Origin: Rhynchopus sp. YZ270_cl-10
Lineage: Eukaryota
NCBI GenBank assembly: GCA_964035575.1
Contig: OZ037834.1
Span: 682,001 to 746,000 of the forward strand
Direction: 5' to 3'
DNA length: 64,000 nucleotides
Numbering within the stretch: position 1 is the stretch's first letter; each line of letters opens with the position of its first letter. Made by a program: the position numbers and the translations under genes. Below are positions 54,197-64,000 of the stretch, one piece after another. The notes beneath the pieces are model-generated. The model saw only the letters and a program-made list of their open reading frames with translations. It was not told the origin of the DNA and did not search any database.

Positions 54197-57139
54197 CACG
54201 GATGCTGCCAGATCTGGCCAGATCTCCAGATCTGGGCCGCCCAGATCTGGCCAGATCTGGAAAAATTTTTTTTTTTTTTTGAAAAAAAAATTTTCCCAGA
54301 CGTCCCAGATCTGGCCAGATCTGGCCAGATCTGGCCAAATCTGGGAGATCTGGGACGTCTGGGAAAATTTTTTTTTCCAGGTACCCCAATGACATAACGA
54401 AGTATCGCTTGAAGTACCGTTCAATATACGTTGCTCGTGTGTGCAAGTTACGAAGTAGGACACACAAGGAGACACGAGTCTGAGACGATAAATCAATCAG
54501 ATAAACGTTACATCATCGGAAAATTGTTGGCACCGCCGCCCTGTCTTCGTATTTATTACGTCGACAGGCCAAACAGCGTTGGGCTCAGAAGAAGCAGTGC
54601 AAAACACTGGGGATCAACATGAGAACCAACTCCCAACAACACAGGCTACCGAAGTAGCAGGTGGGGTGTTGCGGGTGTTTGGGGTGAAAGAAAATCGATT
54701 TTGGTAAGTTCCAGCAGAAAATTCTTAAGTTTGCACAATTGAGAAGGGTGTTACCACTGCCTAATATTATTCGTACATGTGAACCGGTAAGGTCGAGAAG
54801 GGTGGACACGGCATACAAGTACAAGTACAAGTAAGACGTACCTTCTACAAAGGCTGAATTCGCAATTCTTAAGGGATTGAATTCAGCCCCCACGTGGTGT
54901 TTTTGAGAAAATCATTCCATGGTATACAGCTAATGGTTCCCGAAGAATGATTCGCCCCTCCTCGTTCATGCAAACTTAAGAAAATTCTGAAGTAACTACA
55001 ACCTGGCGTGCGGGTACAGATGCATTGCTTTGTTCTTTCCTCAAAGTCATGTGTGATCTCTCGGGTCTGTACTAAAGTCAGTGTTTAGATAAGCATCCAC
55101 TTGACTCGTTCTAACAACCGTTGAAATCTAGAACAAAACAATACACTGCCCCTTCTCACACCAAGCCGCCATGCTTCAAGAGCATGCCCTGGGCAAAAAT
55201 TACTCTGACAAAAATTGGTTTTCTGGGGGAACGCAATATTTTCTTGTGCCTAGTCCTCCGCAAGCAGAGGACAGACTTTCCGGATCCCGAAGTCGAATTT
55301 CTTGCACTAGCTATGCTCCCTGGATTAAATGGCTATAGCAGTGACTGACTAAGAGTTTCATAATAATTAGGGTGGTCTATGGGGTGGGTTAATGGAAAAG
55401 TTGGTATATAAACCCGACTTTTACGATCGCCACCTGGTTTTCAAATAATTGCACCAGCTCTTCCATCGGCACTGCTTCGCTGTCACGATGAAGGGTCGTC
55501 GGTTCGGGTACCTGTTAAGAGAAATTGAATGTAAAAGTAGAGACTACAACAAAAAAACAAACAAACAAACAAGAAGCCGCCCCGTACCCCTTAAACGTAA
55601 AAGTGACATTTTTGTTGACAAAAAAAAAAAAAATAGCTAAAAAATAGCGGACATGTCGAAAAGGGAGAAAACCGGGGGGTTAAAAACATACCTTGCACTC
55701 GGCCCACTCTCCAGGTACAAAGAACATCACTGCACAACAAACCCACTACTACGATAGAAAATAACTATTTTTTACCAGGTCGTTTTATTGATGAGTGTTT
55801 TCTGAGTGCAACACTTACCGAAAAAATTCTCCAATCGGACAAAAACCTTTCTAAACACCCAAAAAAAAACACCTCAGTCCACATCCGCTGGGGTCGCGAG
55901 ATGGAAATATATGGTTTTACAGCTTTTAGGGGGTCTAGCGTGGGTCCCAGATGCATTTTGCAGCGGGTCTGTGTGTGCCTCAACCGCTTCACAGTACCCT
56001 TTTTTGTAACTGAAAACGACGCATCCTGTACCTAAGTGCACTGAAGCCTTGCTTGCGTCCTCGTGGTTTTGGGCGTTCGCACGCGAGAATCATTATCGCA
56101 TTCTCACATGTAATTCTCGCATCACGGAGAGGATTTTAGCGTCACGTGACCACAAAAAAAGTGCACAAAATTAGTTTGGTCAAAAATCACCTTGCACTTG
56201 TGAAGGAATTGCTAAGGAAATGTGAAATATGCGTGTTTTGGTACACAAAAGTGCGTTTTGGGTGGTTCTGAAGGGTCAAAACACCAAAAAAATGCGTTTT
56301 TTTTGCATTTTTGGTCACCCAAGGACCCACTATTTTGGTTGATATTTTTTTTTTCCCTTTGCGAAAAAATACCCAAAAATCACGGCTATAAAAACGCTAA
56401 GGAAAAATCGATATTCATTTTTTTGGGCAGAGAAGTGCGTTTTAGGCGCCCACAGATGGTCAAAACATCAAAATTTTTGTGTTTTTGGCATCTGGACACC
56501 CAAGGACCCACTATCAGGGGTGAATTTTTTTTGCCTGAGATTTGCCTTTGCCAAAATCGGAAAAAAAAAATTATGAAGGAAATTGCTAAGAAAAAGTCGA
56601 AATTGTGGGCCCCTGTAGTGCATATGGCGGTACCCCAGATCGTCAAAACACCCGACTCTTGCGTTTTTTTGCACTTTTTGGTGCACAAAAACCCTACTCA
56701 GGGGTCAAAATTTTCCCGGAAAAAAAATTTTTTTTTTTTGAGATTTTTCAAAAATCGACTTGTCTTTGGTAAAAACCACGAAATTTCGGGTTCGCAAAAC
56801 CACGTTTTAGACCCCCACAGATGCTCAAAAGTGCCAAATTTTGCTTTAAATGGCCTCAAATCGTCGAAATTAGCCCTATTTTGGGGCGAAAAAAAAAATT
56901 CGAGAGTCCCTTTCCCTGGGAGACAATAGCCAGAAATCTGAGAAAAAAAAAAAACTGGCCAGATTTCCAGATCTGGCCAGATCTGGGGGGTTTTTTTTTT
57001 TTTTTGAAAAAAAAATTTTCCCAGATTCCCAGATCTGGCCAGATCTGGCCAGATCTGGAAACAAGATCTCCACATCTGGAAACCGAGCCAGATCTGGGAA
57101 ATTGGCCCCCAAATCTGGCCAGATCTGGCAGCATCCGTG
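54197..57139. mobile_element. Non-autonomous TIR element B (2.9 kb) with CCAGATCTGG subterminal repeats and a 6-bp TSD
   Basis: TIR CACGGATGCTGCCAGATCTGGCCAGAT at both ends; ATTGAC at 54191-54196 and 57140-57145. Confidence 0.85.
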
Positions 57140-59160
57140 ATTGACCCTTTTCACCCCTTTTTTTCTCTACCTTATTAATAAGCCAAGGAGGCTTGGTGTG
57201 CAGTATACACGGTGACCACGTGGCCTCGGGTAGCTGAGGCTATTTTATTTTTTTCTAGGTCTCAGCTGTTTGCTGCACGATAAACGAATGTGATCAAAAA
57301 GGTGACTAAGCACAAGAGAGAGGCTTAGGATCATATTATAAACTTTTTTCTTTTTCTTTTTCTTTTCCTTGGAGAGAGGAGGTAGTGAGGGCTTTCTGGC
57401 CCTCCCATTGTTATAATAACTATTTTCCTGATTGTGTGATTGAAGGTGGCCTCAAAGCACTGTGAGTCTTACGTTCACCTTTATATTTCTTTGTCTTTGA
57501 GATCTGTACCAGGCTGTTGTGTTTTGTTTGTTGGGTTTTTTTGTTTCCGCGGAGTCTCAGTGCCTGCGTCCCAGAGGCGTTTTGCACTATCAACTTCACT
57601 TTTGTTTTGACCTGACACAGACCAGGCGCATGGCACCTTAGTGTCGTCTCTGACTCCAGGGGGTGGAGCCGGGTTCCGGAGGTCCGGGGGGACGACTGCC
57701 CTACTTTGTTACAACTGTAACTTCTGTTAGCTGGCATTGAGAGTGACGCCGTGAGTCTTACGTTCACCTTATTTTTTATTGTTATTTTTTCTTTTAGAAG
57801 TAATTAGAGTTGGGGGTGGTGAACCCTGCGGACGAGAAAGTCCGCTCAAGCTCAATCTCCCCAGCTCTTTCAAATTGAGGGGTTCGTGTTGTGCCCATGT
57901 GGCCCACGCAATCATTCAAAATGTTGCTCTAGTTCTGTGTTTTCAGTGCCCTACGTCGTGCTTATTAACAGCGAGGCGTTTGGCGCCGTTTTTCATTTTT
58001 CCCTTTTTCCCTTTCCCCCTCCAGCTTTCCCCCCCTAGCGTAACACTCTGTGGGTTCGAGAACCCAGGGATGTATTTTTGCGCTATCAACTTTACCTTCA
58101 TTTTATTTTTTTGTTGTCTGGTGTGTTCCGGGGGTATGGGGACTTTCACACACTTTTCATAGAAAAAAATGCCATATTTTTTTTGTGAAGAGTTGTGAAT
58201 TGAAATGAAAATTTTGTATTTTTCTGATACCCCCGGAACACAGTGTTTTCTTCAACCCACCTTCTACACCCTCTCCTGGTACGTTTTCATTTTATGAAAA
58301 CGGCACAGCCAGAGGTTGTTTGGTTGTGGGTAAAAATCATGGTGGTTTATGGCGTTTGGCTCATCCCAAAAAATAAAATACGCAAGCAGTGCGCAATATG
58401 GGGTGGTTCAGGAGCACCAACTTTGTGATTATTTTTTTTTTTTGTGTACTTGGCAGGGCTTCCCGCAGGATCTGGGGTTTTGGCCTCCCAGGGGGACCAG
58501 CCAAAAAAAGGTGGAATTTTTTTTTTTTTTTTAATGATTTTAATTTGTGTGGTGTGTAGCATTAACGCTGACGCTACGTTACGTTACGCGCCTTTACGCA
58601 CTTTAAGTGGTCAAAAAAATTTTTCGACTTCGGCGAAAATGTCCCGGCAAACCGTTAAAACTGCTGCATTAACTCGCATATTGCATATCATCTCACGTTC
58701 CCCACCTTTGCGGAATAAGAAAAAATATGTCAGGTCGGTAGCGTGCAGACGTTTCCTCGTATAGACATCTACAAAAAGAAACGACAGTCATGGCAAAGGT
58801 TCCTGGCGAAGCCACGGTACGCAACATTTCAAAATACTGTGATTAAAATTGCACATTTTACAGCCACACTATGTCATGGGTGGCTTGCAATCTTGCGCCG
58901 CAGGCGCACGGTACGCTACTTTTTTCTTTTGCCATGCTGCATGCTTCCTTTTCCTTCGGCGTTTGACCAATTGAGTCGCGTTCTGGCTGTGACGGGGTCA
59001 CTTTGCCCATGAGGCATACTCGTGGTTCTTTGCAACCGTTATTTTCTGCCTCTTCGGAGCCTGAGCCGATAACTGGGACTCCGCCGGTCGCTTTGCAAAT
59101 TCCATTATGGAAATCTGTCTTGGTCCGGAGGACTTTTTTGGTGCCATCTTTTCCCCCTGT

Positions 59161-59382
59161 TACACGACGGTGATGTAACGGGTGTTACAAGTGGAGTTAC
59201 AAGTGAGTTACATGTAACTTTTGTTACATGTAACTCACTTGTAACTCACTTGTAACCCACCAGTTACAACCTGATTTTGCCTGTAATTCATGTATCCCAC
59301 TTGTAACTCACTTGTAACGGTTTTTCACTTGTAACGTTACATGTAACTTCACTTGTAATGTACTGTACATCACCGTCGTGTA
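59161..59382. mobile_element. MITE with probable TA TSD and GTTACA/TGTAAC internal repeats
   Basis: TACACGACGGTGATGTA ... TACATCACCGTCGTGTA, a perfect 17-bp inverted repeat. Confidence 0.75.
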
Positions 59383-59599
59383 GTTGCCTGTATTTGGATG
59401 CGCGGGGACGGGAGGGTGGGAAAAATTAAAAAAAATGTGGAAAATTCCTAATAGGCAGCCTCGGAACACTCAAGGGCAGGCTGGTCCCCCCTGGTCCCCC
59501 CTGTGGGAAGCCCTGCTTGGGGGGGTTTTTTTTGAGCCACATCATTTTAACCCTATACACCCCAAGAGCCACTTTAATGGCTTTCGAAATGGCGCCATG

Positions 59600-60510
59600 C
59601 TGTTAGACAGGTTCAACTCATTTTTGTAAAAACATTTTTTTTATGTGGAAAGAATTTGCACCGATCTTTCAAAAGAAGCAAGAGTCGAAAACTTTTATGC
59701 ATCGGATATTACTTTCGGTGCTGGGGGCTGGGGTGCTACTTTCACCAAAAGTGACGTTTTTTCACCCACACCCCCAATCTGTACCTTTCGCGATACCCAA
59801 TGCCGCCAAGCCCTTAGTCGGGTTCTACCCATTTTCGTGAACACAATTTTTTATATATTTCGAAAGATTTTTCGCCGATCTTTCAAAAGAAGCAAGAATC
59901 GAAAACTTTTATGCATCGGATATTACTTTCGATGCGGGGGGGAGGCGGGGTGGGGGTGTGAGCACCCCTGTGACCCCCCCATATTCTAAAATCTGTAAGA
60001 CAACGTGCTCTGACATAGGTTCTACCCATTTTCGTAAAAACACTTTTTTTATGTTGAAAGAGTTTGCACCGATCTTTCAAAAGAAGCAAAAATCGAAAAC
60101 TTTTGTGCCTCTGATATTACTTTCGATGCTGGGGGGAGTAGTACCACTTTTCACGGCCCTTTGGACGGGCACCCCCTATTCTGGTTCCTCAATGACACCC
60201 CATGCTCTGTATGAGGTTCTACTCGTTTTCGTTAAAATATTTTTATATATTTCAAAGATTTTGACACGAATCTTTCAAAAGAAACAAGAATCGAAAACTT
60301 TTACGCATCTGATTGCACTTTGGATCTGTGTACTGCTACCCACCCAAGAGGCACCCCTTCGACCCGAAGGACATGGTTATGACTAGGGGTCATCATGATC
60401 TGATAATGGTTCTGCTTGTTTTCGTAAAAATCCTTTGGTTTCTAGGGAAACTATTTGACTCAAATCTTTTAAAATAAGCAAAAATCGAAAACCTTTGTGC
60501 ATCTGTTTGC
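59600..60510 (+). repeat. Degenerate ~200-bp tandem repeat, about 5 units
   Basis: ATCTTTCAAAAGAAGCAAGA.TCGAAAACTTTTATGCATC recurs near 59665, 59878, 60072, 60270 and 60463. Confidence 0.75.
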
Positions 60511-61678
60511 CATTTGGATGCTGGGGCGAGTTGCCACCAAAACCACAAAAACACCCCACACACACGACCTATGCAGAGCACACAGTAAGCCGAATTTTCA
60601 CTGTTTTTTCGTATTTCGGGGTGCTTTTTTCATGGATTTTCGGGTCACAGGGTCGTTCCGATCCATTCTGGGGGCTTTCGACCTCAGGAGATGCCCAAAT
60701 TGTGAAAAATCGCCCATTTTTTACGTTTTTAGACATGTTTCAGTGTAAATCGTTAAGGAAACCAGTTTTAGACATGGCTGCTAACAGAGCTGCACTCATA
60801 TAAGTTGGGTTCTACTAGGACTTTTTGCTTGATTTTTTTTTCTTTGAAAAGATTTTGTGATCAATCTTTCAAATAACGCCATTTTCGGACAACAATAATT
60901 TACGGGTTTTTCCTCGGCCGGCCGAATCAGGCAAAAACCAAAAAGTGGATTTTATGCTTCCCTCATTTTGGGGATAACATTTTTTTTCGAAAAAAAACTT
61001 AAAAAAATGGAATTGAAAGCCGTGTTCAAAATCTTTCAATTGCGGCCAGGTACGATCAAAAATTTGCATCTGGGGTCCCCTTACCGGTTGGAGAGCCCCA
61101 AAAACCAAAACTCAAAAGTGGCTTGAAAAAACGGCTTGGGAGGTATAGGGTTAAATACTTTTTTGTCTTGTATGGTTTAGTGCAGCAGCATGTGCATGTG
61201 GCAAGGTGACTAAGCACGCGAGGCTTAGGTTCATCTCATAACCTTTTCTTAATGATCCACTTGTCCTGAGAGGACTTTGTATGGTCATTAGGTTTCCTTT
61301 TTGTTTACATCTACTGTTGTAGGCCGCAGGGGGTACGTTGTGCTTTTCATCCGGATGGCTAGTATCGTACAGTGGGTCAGTCGGAGGTGTGCCTGCGTTC
61401 AACAGCTACTAGTTCGTATTTCAGGTCACATTTGTGTGTGTAGCATGTGCGCTAATCATATAAGGACACGGGCGCTTGTGTGAGGCGATGCATGGCGTGT
61501 AGCGCATTCAGCGCCCTCTTTTGAAGTAATTCCTCTCTTTGTTTGTTCTTGTTTTTTTTTTGTTCTTTTTTTTGGTATGGCCTTCGTTTATTTAGGTTAT
61601 GTGTGTTGTTGTGTTGTGCAGTCTTGTCGTGTTCACCTTTCAAATTTTATTTTTTTTTATTCAATTTGATAAAGTTTC

Positions 61679-61831
61679 TATGGAAAAAATGGCTGGACGA
61701 GTAATTTCAGGTTTTACTTTATTTCACGGGCGTGAAATAAAGTATTACACGTATTTTAGCCGTAAAAAGTCTGGCCGTGAAAATAAAGTAACATTATTTC
61801 ACGCTCACGGCCAAAAGTGGGTTTTCCCATA
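61679..61831. mobile_element. Possible small MITE with CGTGAAATAA repeats
   Basis: Ends TATGGAAAAA / TTTTCCCATA; internal inverted TTATTTCACG/CGTGAAATAA motifs. Confidence 0.45.
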
Positions 61832-62522
61832 CAAATTCAAAAATCCACCCCCTTGCAAAAAATTTTTTTTGACCCTATTTTTGGTGCTCTAAAGTGGAGT
61901 CTGACCCCGATGTCCAGATCTCAAAAATGCACGATGAGTCAAATAAAGCAACAGATTTCATGTTTTGAGTAGTTGTGGTAATGTGGTCTAATTTTTGCTT
62001 AGGGGGCTACTCTTCAGGGGGGTCTACTATTTGACCCCCCAGTAATAGTATTGGTAGAAAACACGGTGCATACAACTTTTGTGTCCTTGTTTCCTCACAA
62101 CAACTATGGGGAGGAAGCCGAAGACGTGGGTGATGAGGAACACGGAGGTCAGCATAAAGGAAGAGGCAGACACTGCAATGGATAACACCCTCGCAACAGC
62201 TTCATCAACCGCACACGAGAAGGAGTACATGAAGTGTTGCACCTATGTCCGAGTCAAAGAGAACATAAAGAGTGCAGCCTAGCTCCTCTGCACCAACATG
62301 TGAGATGTTCACATCGCACATAGTACTTTAAACACCTACATGATACGGGGTCAGGGAGTATTTTTAAAATGGGGGTATTTTTCTGTAGTACCTACCCCCC
62401 ACCCACCCTCTGCCTCGCAAACACCACTCACCACGGGTTTATTATGACACACCACGTTTTCTCCTTCACACGTTCATCCATTTTTTCCATCTCAACTTTA
62501 TCAAATTTTGAATAAAATTACG

Positions 62523-62669
62523 TATTAAATGAAAATCAGGCAGATTTTCACTTGTGGGTGACTTTTTCACTCGTTTCTATTACTCCACTCGCTTCGCTCG
62601 TGAAGTAAACCTCACTCGTGAAAAAGTCACCCACGCGTGAAAATCAAGCGATCTGATTTTCATTTAATA
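62523..62669. mobile_element. Palindromic MITE-like element
   Basis: TATTAAATGAAAATCAG..GTGGGTGACTTTTTCAC / GTGAAAAAGTCACCCAC..CTGATTTTCATTTAATA around a central CACTCGCTTCGCTCGTG. Confidence 0.65.
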
Positions 62670-63775
62670 AATAGTCATAATTCCTACAAAGCCTAGCTGA
62701 AAGGAGAAATAGTTCAGATACGGGTCGCCAATATCACACCCCATCCAACAGGGTAATTGAGCAGTCATGTTTTTCCTGGTCGCATACTGTGAATTTTCCT
62801 GGATGCGCAGGAAAAAATGACTGGGGATGTGTTGGTGGCGTCCGTGATGCCACAAGAGCCGGCACACTAGTTGAGTGCCTCACAAAAAAAACCTCAAAAC
62901 TTACTTCCGCTTTTTGATTTTATTTGTTGTCTTCAGGCTTTATCATTGTTGGGTTGGGAAATAAAATTCCCTTTTACTTACCTAACTCAGAGTTACTATT
63001 TTTTACCCTTTTGCATGAGCTTGACCGAGATGCGTTTGAGCAAGTTTCAACGCGACTTTTAATAATTCTTGATTGATTTTTACAGCTAAAAAACCCCCCA
63101 CAGAATATCACGAAACAAATAAAATAAAACAAAGACAAATGGATATTTTGCACAAAACTGTGGCAACACAAACCAGGCAACTTACTCCAAACAATGTATA
63201 CAAAAATAAAAAAAATGTCATCACGCTCGTCTGCGGTGACGTAAAAAGTGTTTAGTATAGTGGAGCACACTCTAGGGTGGCTACACTAATACAAACCAAG
63301 TTTTCAAAAAAGTTGGACAGTGGAGATTTGCACTAACTGTGGCAACACAACCTGAGGCAAACTACACTACTCCAACAATTTATCAAAAAAATAGACAAAA
63401 ACCACCTCTAGCCATCCTTTGTTTCTGGATCCGATTTTTCGATGCTCCTCCCTCGCTCTTCCCGCTCTTGACCGGTCACAAAAAATACATTGTGATCACC
63501 TCTTCCTCCTTTCCTGATTACAAAGGCGCGTTAGGCCCCTTTAGTCAGGATTTCCTACTTCTCACAACAAAAAAAAAAACAACAAAAAAAACAAAAATGC
63601 AATTTGGTGCTATGGGAAATCGGTCAACGATCTGTCAGCGACCTGACTATATCGAGCCCCTCCCGGAGCACCACAATTTTTAAAAAAGGTCGAAGGTACA
63701 CTACAAGATTTGTATTTCAATTTTTTTTGGGGGGAATATGGCCCAATGTTGGTGCACGAACCGCCCCCCTTTTAC

Positions 63776-63808
<33 letters not shown>

Positions 63809-64000
63809 GGTCAGGGTCCTCAACCGTAGACAAAGTCTGGCCACAGATTTGTCTAAGTTAAAAAAAAAGGCTAAAAAAAAATTTTCGCGCTCCGCGCGAA
63901 AAGGTCCTGTACAAAGCTAAAAATTGGGGGCTTTTTTTTTTTGTGTTGCTTTTTCGAAACTCGTTAAGTGGTCTTTTCATTTCAATAGAAGAGTTCGACA

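Noticed and set aside
57460..57775. Duplicated GTGAGTCTTACGTTCACCTT as splice donors of a hidden gene
   Set aside because: No convincing reading frame could be assembled from the candidate exons.
59600..60510. CRISPR-like array
   Set aside because: The units are ~200 nt and degenerate along their whole length; there are no unique spacers or cas genes, and the context is eukaryotic.
62079..62282. Short ORF possibly a recombinase or retroelement relic
   Set aside because: Only 67 aa with no diagnostic motif; cannot be supported without a search.

Overview
Eukaryotic genomic DNA. Every credible gene is on the + strand, with short GT-AG introns. An 18S fragment with GACGGAATGACACCAC, a peroxisome-targeted sugar enzyme, an articulin-like gene and bacterial-style secreted CAZyme/peptidase genes together suggest a euglenozoan, probably a diplonemid (inference). 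Gene order: two HNH-type nuclease genes; a 4-exon transketolase-family gene ending in SKL; a secreted LamG-SGNH(SASA/CE6)-Ig-LamG protein; a PB1-(Cys/His repeats)-UBA protein; a five-copy 4.3-kb tandem array of a LamG/HEXXH metallopeptidase; a phosphoglucomutase with a hidden MGQCGT exon 1; a scrambled 28S/18S rRNA pseudogene; an articulin-like gene; a soluble adenylyl cyclase-STAND gene; and many MITE-like and dispersed repeats. The most notable unexplained signals are: (i) a ~45-nt hairpin present 8 times, always on the sense strand; (ii) array junctions that splice the PGM acylation exon onto a peptidase lacking its signal peptide; (iii) an identical 51-nt exon-like block behind two divergent HNH genes; (iv) a shared LamG chassis with swapped catalytic domains; (v) two transposon-like elements with the same body but unrelated termini. 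All calls were made by eye, with no database searches.
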